A program made the translations under genes and the position numbers. This document shows positions 52,579 to 64,000 of a stretch of DNA of 64,000 nucleotides, one piece after another. How positions within the stretch are numbered: the stretch's first letter is position 1; the number at the start of each line of letters is the position of its first letter. Source of the stretch: Octopus sinensis (Eukaryota); contig NC_043010.1 in NCBI RefSeq assembly GCF_006345805.1, forward strand, positions 41,602,001-41,666,000. Direction: 5' to 3'. A model generated the notes under the pieces. That model worked only from the letters and a program-made list of their open reading frames with translations, ran no database searches and had not been told where the DNA came from.

Positions 52579-53173
52579 ATATATATATATGTACAGAGAG
52601 AGAGAGAGAGACACATGTATTTAAAAAGGTACAGTATGTTTATGTGTGTACATATTTATCTTGCTTATTTCCTGCTAAAGAGTCAGGTAAAATGCTTTTG
52701 TAGTAAATCTTTCGACTTAACATTCTGACAGCAACATCTACTACGACACGAGAGCTAAGCCGTATCAGCCAAGCCTGTCGACTTTCTCTTGGAAAACATT
52801 GGTAGCAAGAAGGTAGACTAGCATGCATGAGCAACTACCAATTTTCCAAAAGATCATCTTGCCCAGGCCAGTGACGTTCATGAGATGTATGGTGAATCTT
52901 GCACGGTTTATATCTGAGTGAATTATTCACTAAGTTTATTTAGGACGATTTACACCATATATTTAATATATTCGTAACATATACCCATCTATGTATAAAC
53001 AGAATCTCTATAAACAGAATAATTCGAATGAATGCTTATAACTTTTGGTAAAACAGAAGTTTATACAATATTAGCATATGTCAATTACATATGGGATAAC
53101 TGTGCCTCAAAGGGGGAAAAAACGATACGGAAGTGGGAGAGAGGGTAAAAATATATTAAAAAAAACATTTTTG

Positions 53174-53252
53174 GAAGGTAAAGAATACGCATACCACTCG
53201 TTTTCGGCCTAACCCTAACCCTAAACACCGGGTGTGCGTATTCTTTACCTTC
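53174..53252. repeat. Small hairpin element (22-bp stem) with (CCTAAC)n in the loop
   Basis: gaaggtaaagaatacgcatacc pairs with ggtgtgcgtattctttaccttc at 21/22 positions. Confidence 0.75.
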
Positions 53253-53256
53253 GCCT

Positions 53257-53307
<51 letters not shown>

Positions 53308-53788
53308 AATCGTAATTTCCGTTGAATAAAACACGAGAATGCTAAAAAAAATGTAGGGGAAAACTGTACCCTTTTACTTTTCATGAGGGATGGAACTTCA
53401 AGGGACAGCTAGTACGAAACTCCACCAAAGAACGTGGTATAGTGAATATACTAGGTGTTTATACTAATATGTTTTTGGAAACTACTGTATAAGCGCGAGT
53501 TCGCCAATTTCACCAAAATGAACGATCGTAGGTCCCATCTGTTTAAAAATTTATTGAGTTCTAGAACATCTCCCTAAATAATTACACTTTTATTCTAAAT
53601 AATATATTTCACCGATGAGAAATATGCAAATGAAATTGCTCTCAACACGAGCAACTTTAAATACACGTTAATAAACAATAATCTTCATTGTAGTATTTAC
53701 CTTTAACAGTTGTTATTACTTAATATGATATTTAATATTTAAAAATAACAGGACCCACATTGTCGATTTTAGGATTGATCTTTCTTAC

Positions 53789-53900
53789 CTGAGATGTGTG
53801 GATACGACGCTGTCACTTACAAATATTATAGTATTTCGCTTGATTATGTTTGTCTTCGTATAAAAACTAGTCTCAGAACGAGGCTGTACTTCGATGTACG
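53789..53900 (-). other. Candidate non-coding first exon of the minus-strand gene
   Basis: Strong donor CTCAG|GTAAGA at 53789/53788 inside a CpG-enriched zone; the 5' boundary is a guess. Confidence 0.3.
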
Positions 53901-54394
53901 TTGCAAAGCAGTGAAAGCTGTGTTAGTTAGCATTAGTTATTAATTAGTGGTGTTAGTTAGCATTAGTATTAATTAGCTAGTTTGAAATAGTCATTAAAAA
54001 AAAAAAAATCACTTTTCCTTTACTCATAAATGTGTTCAGTGAAATGATATGTAGTCTGTGAATATTTTTAATGACTGCAAGTAAATGTAGAAATATATGT
54101 GTATTTTTTAAAAATAATTTTCTATTGTAAACTTTCTGCATTCACATGGAAACACTTATGACAAATAATTTAGCTTTTCCTTGGAAAATGCAGTATCAAA
54201 GTACGTCTCAGTCAGACACAAACTTAAATGCATAGATTCTTTTTTTGCACCCCACCACCCATGCAAATTTTGAAAACAAAAAATATTAAATGAAATTAAG
54301 AAAAACTACCGGATACATTTCAAGAAAGTGTTTTTTTTTTTTATATATATGGGGGTTTGGGGTGGGAGAAAAGGGTTTCTGTTATCTTCAGAAA

Positions 54395-54424
54395 TGTAAA
54401 CAAAGCCACTTCCGGTACTTCCGG
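54395..54424. promoter_or_regulatory. Tandem ETS/GABP-type motifs (ACTTCCGG x2) next to a FOX-type GTAAACAA
   Basis: ACTTCCGG at 54408-54415 and 54417-54424; GTAAACAA at 54395-54402; CpG density across about 52.7-58.9 kb is visibly higher than in the rest of the window. Confidence 0.4.
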
Positions 54425-56067
54425 TACCTATACCGAAGGATCGCCGTTGAATGTTATTAGTATTTGAATTTATTTTGTTTGCACTAAAAATCTGAAAAAA
54501 AAAAAAAATATATATATATACTGCTATGTATGTGCATATTTTTCTGTAGACTTTTGTATTTTAAGTAACACAATCTATATTTTTTGTTAAACCCTCATCT
54601 CGCGCACTTTGACACGTGAATTGGGTCTATTGTTTATACCTTATATCGTATCAAAAAGAGCATTTCGAAAAAAAGAACTTTTTACCGAATGTTAGTTAAT
54701 AAACGGTAATTTTATTGTAAATATTACTTTAAAAACATTTCAAAATAGTTGTTTTTTGTGATTCATTGTGTTATTAGTTTGTTTGAAAGTTAGTTTTTTC
54801 AAGAACAAAACGAAAGATTAGCTTTTCCCGGCATCCTTCGGTTGTCTTCGGCATGCAGGATGCTATCATTGTTATTATATTTTCACTCAATATAGTTTAT
54901 TTTCAGTAAATTTTCTTATTCTACCAATTTTTCAATAGCAAAATTTGAAGAAGGCAGCGTTCCCGCAACTTATTTAAATATAAATATTTCATTTATTGGT
55001 CCGATTATCTAAAAATTTCTACACAGGTGTAGCCTTTGCAGGCCAGATAAGGAAAGCTCAACCATTTGTGGAGATTTTAATAAAGTTGTGAACCTTCGGA
55101 GATTAAAATTTCGACGATCTTTCGCCTATGGTTTCACGATTATCAATTTTTACAGTTGGTTGTTCGGCAATTTCCGTAAAAATTTTTTATTTATTTACTT
55201 TTGTCCTATTGAAGGCGACATTTGCTTTGAAGTCGTCGAGATAGGTGAAAAGTGAAACAGACAGTAGCGCGCGTGCACACACACACACACACATACTCTG
55301 CCTCTCTCTCTCTCTCACACACACACTCTCTCTGTCTCTGTCTTTCTCTCATACACAATGACTTTCATGTTCATGAGTTTAATAGTGAAACACTGTCGCA
55401 CAATGTATGTATGTATGAATGTGTAGTGGATGCGTGGATGTATTAATAAATACATAAGTGCTTTGTAATAAATTAAAGATTTATTATCACTACATCAATT
55501 TGTAAGCAATGTTACACATCGCTTGTACAAAATGCATATCAAATAGTGGTTGCAAATAATACATTTTAAAGGAATGCATAATACAGGATACACATTAAAG
55601 CAGAATATGTTTGATGGTGTGTGTGTGTGTGTGTGTGTGTGTAAATCATGCAGTACAGAGTCACCTTTCTGAATATTCTTTCGTCGTCCTCATAAATGCG
55701 TGACGTTCTCTTAAATGTTGGTTCGGCTTCTCTCTAGATACCTATTTCTCCGTTCTATTTATAACATCTCAAATAGCCAGAAAAATAGATATACCGCAAG
55801 AGTGTTATTGCGTACAGTAGGTCGCTGGTCGTCCTGTTAAACTTCGCCTGACCTGCTCGGGTCAGAGGTCGAAGGGAGACGATCCATCATTTTTTGTCAG
55901 AACAAAGAGATTCTGATTTCGCGCCTTTTTGTGCATTGGTATTTTACGACCAATGATTCTTGGGTCTGATTTCGAATCCAAGCTTTGAGAAGGAAGTGCT
56001 AATTCTTTTCACACCAACACAATGTATGTATGCATATATTTATGTATGTACATATATTTTCTTTTTC

Positions 56068-56468
56068 TTTTTCTTTTTACTTGTTTCAGTCATTTTGACT
56101 GCGGCCATGCTGGAGCACCGCCTTTAATCAGGCAAACTCGACCCCGGGACTTATTCTTTGTAAGCCCAGTACTTATTCTATCGGTCTATTTTGTCGAACC
56201 GCTAAGTAACGGGGACATAAACACACCAGCATCAGTTGTCAAGCAATGCTAGGGGGACAAACACAGACACAAACGGACACGCACATACATATATATGCAT
56301 ATATACGACGGGCTTCTTTCAGTTTCCGTCTATCAAATCCACTCACAAGGCATTGGTCGGCCCGAGGCTATAGCAGAAGACACTTGCCCAAGGTGCCACG
56401 CAGTGGGACTAAACCCGGAACCTTGTGGTTGGTAAACAAGCTACTTACCACAGCCACTCCTGCGCCTA
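56068..56468 (-). mobile_element. CORE-type SINE
   Basis: Same family. Confidence 0.9.
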
Positions 56469-56704
56469 TATGAAAGATAATGGGTGTACGTGTAAGTGTA
56501 CAAATAAATGGGTGTACAAATAAATAAAGGTGAACACACTCGCACCTCCTTCCATTATATTTCATATACACGTACATGCATAAATACACACATTTATTGT
56601 ACAAGTGTGTGAGAGTGAATACAGATACATAGAGCTGAACCCGCTCATCGCGCGTGCACACATACACTTCCCCATTATCGTTCATATACCCGTACATACA
56701 TACA

Positions 56705-56940
56705 TTTTATTCATTTTATCTAGTTTCAGCTCACGAAATGTGGCCATGCTGGGGCACCGCCATTAAAGGTGTGGCGAAAGATTACAACAGGGGTCGCCAC
56801 AACCCCCTGCCGGTGCCTCGTGGAGCTTTTTTAAGGTGTTTTCACTCAATAAACACACACAACGCCCGGTCTGGTAATCGAAACTGCGATCCACCGACCG
56901 CGTGTGTCTGCTACCCTAACCACTGGGCCATTGCGTTTCC
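56705..56940 (-). mobile_element. tRNA-derived SINE with its own head and body but the CORE-type SINE 3' tail
   Basis: A box TGGCCCAGTGG, B box GTTTCGATTACC, tail GGCGGTGCCCCAGCATGGCC..CTGAAAC. Confidence 0.7.
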
Positions 56941-57376
56941 ATACATACATACATTGTGCAAGTGTGTTTGTGTGCGAGTGAATACAAATGCATGGAGCTG
57001 AATACGCGCGCGAACACATACACACACGTACACCCATTACCTTTCATATTTAGATACATACATACATGCATACTGCCTGCATACATTGTACGAGTGTGTA
57101 TTTCACGATTCAATGTGTGTGTGTACACGCGCTAGTGCGTGTTTCACTTGACATCAAAACAGATGTTGCTATCAACAGGACATGAAAACAAAAGAAAATA
57201 AAAATTCTTTACGGAAATTACCGAACAACCAGCTGTAAAAATTGATAATCGTGAGACCATAGGCGAAAGATTGTCATTAGTAATCTTAGTCTATCAGATC
57301 TAGCCACTCAATTTCGAAGTTAGGGAAACCCTCGAATTGTTATTTTCATGTTTCCATAGTAACCAATTGAAACTAT

Positions 57377-57787
57377 ACTCTTACTCTTTACTCTTTTACT
57401 TGTTTCAGTCATTTGACTGCGGCCATGCTGGAGCACCGCCTTAAATCGAGCAACTCGACCCCGGGACTTATTCTTTTGTAAGCCCAGTACTTATTCTATC
57501 GGTCTCTTTTGCCGAACCGCTAGGTAACGGGGACATAAACACACCAGCATCGGTTGTCAAGCAATGCTAGGGGGACAAGCACATTCACACAAACACACAC
57601 ACGTATATATATATACATATATACGACGGGCTTCTTTCAGTTTCCGTCTACCAAATCCACTCACAAGGCATTGGTCGGCCCGAGGCTATAGTAGAAGACA
57701 CTTGCCCAAAGTGCCACGCAGTGGGACTGAACCCGGAACCATGTGGTTGGTTAGCAAGCTACTTACCACACAGCCACTCCTGCGCCT
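57377..57787 (-). mobile_element. CORE-type SINE
   Basis: Same family. Confidence 0.9.
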
Positions 57788-58033
57788 ATCATGGCATTAG
57801 GATTAAAGTCTGCAGTGCATCGCAAAAATTTTCAATTTTCTTTCATTTAAAATTTTCGGTTAACCTCCAGTATTTGACCCGAGGAGCAAGATAAATGAAA
57901 ATAAAATTAGTGTTGTTGGTGTAAAAAAAAAAAACATGTAGAAAACGAATATGAAAACAAAACAAAACAAATGTGCGCTGGCGAACGGGAGTGGGGGAGA
58001 CGATTCGGAAAATTGACATCGGAAGTTTTCCGA

Positions 58034-58711
58034 GGGATCTTTTCGGTATGAACGGCAGTTTTTTCTAGCGGTGTCATATGAAATTGTCACCCATAATTAT
58101 GACCCTAGTATCGATCTATTGCATTTCTATCTGTTTTAGGGTTAGGGGTGGGGGGAAGAGTATCTTTTTTTTCTACACAAATGTAAATAAACCCAATCTG
58201 TTTCTTAAACGAGGGACATATTCATACGGCAGAGAATGCTTTTTACCTCAATAGACGTAATTGATTGGTTGAAATTGCAGAAATTGAAGAAAAAGAACAA
58301 CAAATATCTTACAAACTATAGAATTTTCTCAATAAAGCCAAGAGAAAAAGATGTTTTATAAACACATTCTACCAGTATACGAAGTTTAAATGTTTTTAGT
58401 TACCTAGAAATTATGTTAAAAACTGCCGTTCAAACCGAAAAGGTCCGATATTTGTTGTTTTTCTTCTTCAATTTCTGCAATTTCAACCAATCAATGGCGT
58501 CTATTGAGGTAAAAAAATTCTGTGCCGCATGAATATGTCCTCGTTTAAGAAACAGATTGGGTTTATTTACATTTGTGAAGAAAAAAAGATACCCTTCCCC
58601 CACCCCTAACCCTAACCCTAAAACAGATTGAAATGACTAGGGTCATAATTATGGGTGACAATTTCATATGACACCACTAGAAAAAACTGCCGTTCAAACC
58701 GAAAAGATCCC
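58034..58711. mobile_element. Foldback MITE with about 270-bp TIRs containing TTAGGG repeats
   Basis: 58034-58308 versus 58447-58711; ttagggttagggg in the left arm and cctaaccctaaccctaa in the right arm. Confidence 0.85.
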
Positions 58712-59254
58712 CAAATTTTCATCTTTAAAGGTATTGTAATTTTTTTATTGTTAATTTCTCAAAAAAATATAAGTTGTTGATTTCATACCTCGCGTCAAAG
58801 AAAAAACAATAAACACAAAAACTAAAATGGCGTTTTCGATAACCTCTCCTCAATGTATAGAGACCAGAGGAATATGAAAACACATACAATTACAAAAGAC
58901 GTCACCAACTTTCTTTCCAAATGGCTATGTTTTTGTCTGAGAATTTTCAAGAAAGTGGGACCCTGTGCGTTAAACAAGGAAGTTTACATTTATTTTATGT
59001 ACTTCATGAAAATTAATACTAAGCAGAAAGCTGAACCTTGTTTCATTTGCACACCCATTATCACTCATGTCCATCAGTTGAATAGTGAAACAGACCCTTG
59101 CACAATGTATGTATATATGTCTGTACGGGTACATGAGAGATAATGGGTGTACGTACGTGTATGTGTGTGTGTTCAGATTTATGTATTTGCAGGCTCTCAC
59201 ACACAAACACACGTACACCCGAAATACACTTGCATAATGTATATATGTATATAT

Positions 59255-59700
59255 TTAAGATAACCCTTCTGAGGATCTTCCCGGCAACACACATTAGGGA
59301 TACATCTCTATGGTTGTCACATTCAAATTTTTTGTCTTTGTGCTTATAAAGATGGACAATAGAAGCGTGTTTAAACTCCTGTAGGACTGATTCTGATTCC
59401 CAACTTAAGGAGAAAAGTTCACATAACTTGTTCAGCAGGAGACTGTTACCACATTAATATATCTCGGCTGGTATGTCATCGTTCTCTGACAACTTTCCAT
59501 TTGTGAACTGTTTTATGGCCTTTTCAGCGTTTGTTGGAGCAACTGAAAGTTTTTCTAGGACAGGACTCTGCGGTAGGTTGTTGATCTGTTCTTCATCAAC
59601 AGTTGAATTCATATTCAACCACGCGGCAATGCTCTTTGGAAACACACAAATATGCAAGCTCAAGGACAACACAAAGTTGGACGTAGAATTCCCTTCTGTT
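59255..59700 (-). mobile_element. RTE LINE RT N-terminal fragment
   Basis: AEKAIKQFTNGKLSENDDIPAEIY..HASIVHLYK..NHRDVSLMCVAGKILRRVIL. Confidence 0.75.
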
Positions 59701-61332
59701 TGTTATTTCCATGTGTTTGTATATGTACATTCGTTTGCCTTGCTCAGGGGCTTAATGCCTTTAGCCTAAGCCCTTGGCCCAAATGGTTTTGAGTAGTATC
59801 GGAGAGAATTGGACGAAACTACGTGGACATTCCAGATTCCGACCGAAGAAGCAATTGGCTACGTATGATCCGTGTATCTTGTTTGTCCTGTTTGTCGTTG
59901 TGCCATCGACTTTTTCCTGCTTGCTATGTTTTGACGATTTCCGTTTTTTGTGTTTTTTTTACCTTTGATTTACACACACACACACACACACATATATATA
60001 AGTTGAGGTTATAAGAGATAATGGTGTCATTGAGACCCAAAGGTGTCAGGTAATGCTGAATAAGTGCTATAGACAGACCATAGTTAAGTTTCAGATTCAG
60101 TAATATTGCGAATAAAGGGTTCAACGTTGGTTCTATGTCAGCGCGTGTATATAAGAATTTTTTGCGTAATGAGATAAAAAAACTAAGGCTGTATAGATAT
60201 TAGAGCATATATATGTACACACATATATATACATACACATAGTGTACAGAGTACATCTTTTTTAGTTTGTATTGCCTCCCATGGCTCAAATCTTCCCCAG
60301 GGAGTCAAATGCCTCAAGCTTAAGAACCAGTGTTTTAACATGTAACACTTAAGTCTTGTTTCGACATGCCAGATGCTACGTTCTTTTATTGTCTCTTATA
60401 TAAATATATTTACATGTTAGCTTTTCATTCGTAATCTCTCTAATCTTACTGCTTGACATTTCTTTTTACTTCCCTCTTTCCTTTTCATATTTTATGACAT
60501 ACTAAGACGATGTAAATAAGCACCTGTGACCTACCATAGCGTCTCCAAGACTGAAAGAGATTTGTGGAAATCAGTACAACACAGTAACATATCAAGTATC
60601 ATAACCCCAGCAATCTTATCCAAAAATGTGCAACAGAATATACTCCTTTAAATACTGCCAAGGTGCAAAAGATCGAATTATATCTGGTGACCAATAGCAG
60701 CATTGTAGTAAATATTAGTGAGTGGCACCTACAAACGCAGCGAAGGACCCCGGTCTAGAGTTAATCCAAAGTGCAAACAATCAATCCAGTAAGACGACTT
60801 TTCTAGCGCTGGAATCACGACGAATCCCGGTTCAACATCACGACTAGGTACTTGGATGTCTAGTAACATTCAAACTATTGCATGAAATTAGACAAGATCT
60901 CTAATTTGAGCTTCCGACTGCGCATCACTTCGTATACACTTTCACAACAGACACAGGTGTAATGCTTCGAAGTAGAGGCTCTCCATCAAATCTGATAGTT
61001 ACCTGGTCCTATTTGTAATGACCCGAGAAGCTATCTACTCAAATGACGCATATTTTCTTATCCTCTTGCCTCTTAGTCAAGGATTGATGTTCCAGTGAGC
61101 ACAGGATTCCGTGAGGTCTATACATTTATTTGGCTGCATATAGAAATCGAAATATCGGTAATCTGTAAAACTTAAGTCCTGTCTGCATTTTACGAAACAA
61201 TTGCAACTTCACAACAGTGATATCCACTCAGCAATTTTTCTTTCTCTGTGCTCACATCCGTGTACTTCAGTCCAAAGCAGATCTAACCCGTTGGACAGTC
61301 AACGAGGGCCCTTCTTTCGACCAACATTGCCC

Positions 61333-62613
61333 TTAAGAGTCGGTAGGATAAATGCTCGTAGCCTGGAGTCAACCTGGATGCAGGGTCGCCTGTTCAATGA
61401 CCTCGGGTGCTAGGTGTGGAAGTGATAACCGTCAGCAAGACTAGGATTTCCGATACACGCGACTCCGCACCAAATTTTGGCGATTCTAAAATCTTTTAAT
61501 CTCTCATTTGATCCGGAATGAAGAGTGAAGTCACGGTGATGTTCTGGAAAGGCCTGGGCCTTCTGATACAGTTGATCTTTCTGGGCCTGGACGGTAAGTT
61601 GGTGTTTTGGACGTGAACGGCCAGGGAGATGGTGCCTTTAGACGCTTTGTTGTACATACCCAACTAGGCAGCATTTTTATTGAGGCGTTTGGAGGTTTTC
61701 CTAAAGATATCTTGCTCTCTGGTGTTAGTGGGCGATTGGAACGCCATCTTGTATGCACCTCTGGATTGTGTGGGGCTAGTTGGCAAAATATGAGGGGCGA
61801 TGAAGGGTTACACGATGGAGAAATTGTCGAGGCTGGATGATATGCCTTGTGCATTTTATCATTTGCCAGACTTGTTCAGAAGCCTTTTGGCAGATGTCTA
61901 CTGCAACTGAGAGCAGAACGGGTGAATTCTGTTTCGCGAAAAGCGGTATAGTGCTGCTGATGAGAAAGGACCCGAACAAGGGCAATGCTGTTAACAATTT
62001 TCGGCTAAAAAATCTGCTAAATGCAGAGTTATTGATGTTAGCCGAGATGTTAGCCAAGAGGTTAGTGCTTGTCGTCGATACTCTGGTAGGTGAGGCACAG
62101 AGATGCGCCATACTAAACAGATCCATCCACAACTTCCATCTCACGTGACACATCATAAAAAGGTTAGGTAAAGAACCTGGAATGGGCGGGGCTCTCATCA
62201 ATTTAGATCAATAAAAAGCATTTGGTAGGATCGACTATTGATACCTGGCGGCTGTCTTCAAAGCGGTCGGTTTCGGGCCTATTTGCAAGGGAAAGCAAGA
62301 GCGGAGAAGAAGGTACTGTGACCCAGTAAATTTGTTGAAAGGTGAGTGAATGCAATGAGAATGATTCGAGCATGCGCCAGTAGACTGGAATTTACAGATG
62401 AAAGAGAGAGAGGAGTACTTACCTATAGGGCATTTGATGAGCGGATAGACTCGGGGTCAGTGGGGTTTCTTAGTTGCTCCTGGGGAATTTCATTGCTTAC
62501 AATTTTATTGTTGTTATTGTTTTATTGTTTGCACGTGTTTTATGTGAACCACCGCTGTCCTTTGTTTTGTACCGTCCTTTTGTTTTGTGTGTGGCTCTTG
62601 TGGCTAATAACGA
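61333..62613 (+). mobile_element. L1/Tx1-clade LINE ORF2 remnant with internal deletions
   Basis: EN start LRVGRINARSL; RT region KDPNKGNAVNNFR..LLNAE..LAKRL..LVGEAQ.CAI..RSIH; ALINLDQ*KAFGRID; 3'UTR. Confidence 0.8.
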
Positions 62614-63790
62614 AGTTATTATTATTCGACTTAAATCAGGTTTAGTCCTACTCCTGGTAAAATTATGTAGATTACCTGTAATAATCCTTCTGGTAAGTAA
62701 CGGGTTACTACCTGTAGTAATCCTTCAAGTGCTCAAATCTCCAATGTTTCTAAGAGACATTAATCTTTACTGTTTCGAAGAGATAAACTTTCCCTAGAAG
62801 ATCTGCAGGACATTCCAATCCAATCTCCTTCAACCATTTCTCTACTCCATTACCCACAGTTACTAAGGTACCAATTATTACAAGCACAACTTTTACAGTT
62901 TTCACACATCAAATTTTCACAATTTAAAATTTATTAAGAGATTATATTTAAAAAATTTTTCATCTTTCTTTCTTTTCAATCCTTGAATCAAATGGACATG
63001 ATGAATAAATTAATAAGAAACTTCGCTTTTCCTTGTCTATTATTGTTATGTTTGGTCTATCATTTTCTAGCTTCTTGTTGTTTGAAGAGGAAAATCAAAA
63101 TTTTGTATTTATTCGACTAAAGCATTCTCTCAACTTAATGGTTACACCAAATACTTCAAGCTTCAACACCCTCATTTCTGACTAAGTTTCCAGTGCAAAA
63201 CTTTCACAGCTTGGCAATGCCTCCATTTTGTTATATTCTCCCTGAGTCAACTTGGAGACACTCTGTATCAATGTGTGCCACTGTTTCATACCAGAATCCT
63301 CACACTTTGCATTCTGCTGACACCTTCCCATATGCATATTTTCTCATTTTGTTTGTTTTAACACTTGATCTTGAGCTGCTGTAATAAGGCTCTCTTTGTC
63401 CAATCAACAAAAGCTGCTGTGTATCTAAGTAATGATACTGCCCAAGTATTTACAGCCTTCACTAGATTCGGACCGTTTAGCTTTGACTTCATTAGCTTCG
63501 TCACCCTTCTAATGTACTCCTTCTTATGTACCACTTCTTATGTGGTAGTAGTAATAGTAGTAAGCCTCAGATAGTTCCTGGTTGAGTAGACTAAAGATCA
63601 AAAGGGTCCCATACATAATCCGGTCTTTTTATCAAAGCTTAATTTGTCCTTGCTTTTGTAAGTCGGTAAATGGTGAGCTAAGGAAGATTTGCTTGCTATT
63701 TCTTGCAAAGTCGACTGACCACGTAAATGCTTCTTGTGCAGAAGATGTTCAAAGAGAGGATGTATTGAGAAAAATGTTCATTATTTAATG
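62614..63790 (-). mobile_element. R4/Dong-like LINE 3' fragment
   Basis: CCHC knuckle remnant (CKV*GFWYETVAHIDTEC); C-terminus VLVIIGTLVTVGNGVEKWLKEIGLEC; (TAA)n-like tail near 62615. Confidence 0.6.
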
Positions 63791-64000
63791 GCTGAATGAT
63801 CTTATAGGTGTAGAACCCGAGGTGGCGCTGGAAAGCGCTTATGTTTAAATGACTGCGTGCTAGATTCTGTCATCGGACAGAGAGAATTCTGAACCACCGT
63901 CTTCACACACACACACGTATATGCATGCATACTTGTATATATGTATGTAGAAGGGGCATCTACGAAGTTTCTGTCTATCAAAGTTTTCTCATCTTAGTGA

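Noticed and set aside
721-57800. Dozens of 60-190-aa ORFs such as MLAWVG..., MLGGQT...RRASFSFRLPNPLTR... and [12 protein letters not shown] runs
   Set aside because: They are recurrent translations of SINEs, the (GAT)n-tailed retroposon and microsatellites, not genes.
58135-58150. TTAGGG runs as a telomere or fusion scar
   Set aside because: Only 2-3 units, symmetrically placed inside transposon TIRs.
59805-59830. GAAAC-TAC-GTG hammerhead half-site
   Set aside because: No CUGANGA upstream, and position 17 is G.

Overview
AT-rich, microsatellite- and retroposon-dense eukaryotic DNA. The repeat families match those I recognise from octopus genomes (tRNA-headed CORE-type and Nin/Deu-type SINEs, RTE, R4/Dong, L1/Tx1, Penelope-like elements); the species was not verified. 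One convincing protein-coding gene lies on the minus strand: four phase-compatible coding exons (45664-45031, 33048-32762, 30576-30360, 29787-29669) give a 418-aa protein with an N-terminal basic/low-complexity region, an unrecognised Cys/His-rich domain split across exons, and a C-terminal coiled coil. A candidate non-coding first exon and a CpG-rich promoter with tandem ETS motifs lie at about 53.8-54.4 kb. The rest is mostly decayed transposons (Helitron, hAT/Buster, Merlin, LINEs, MITEs). The most notable non-coding structures are three minimal type I hammerhead ribozymes in Penelope-like termini (one with an intact core), a 1.22-kb tandem duplication with a chimeric SINE at its junction, a ~340-bp tandem array with inverted arms, and several long foldback elements, two carrying telomeric TTAGGG repeats. 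Most ORFs in the supplied track are spurious translations of SINEs and microsatellites. There is no rRNA, true tRNA or CRISPR array.
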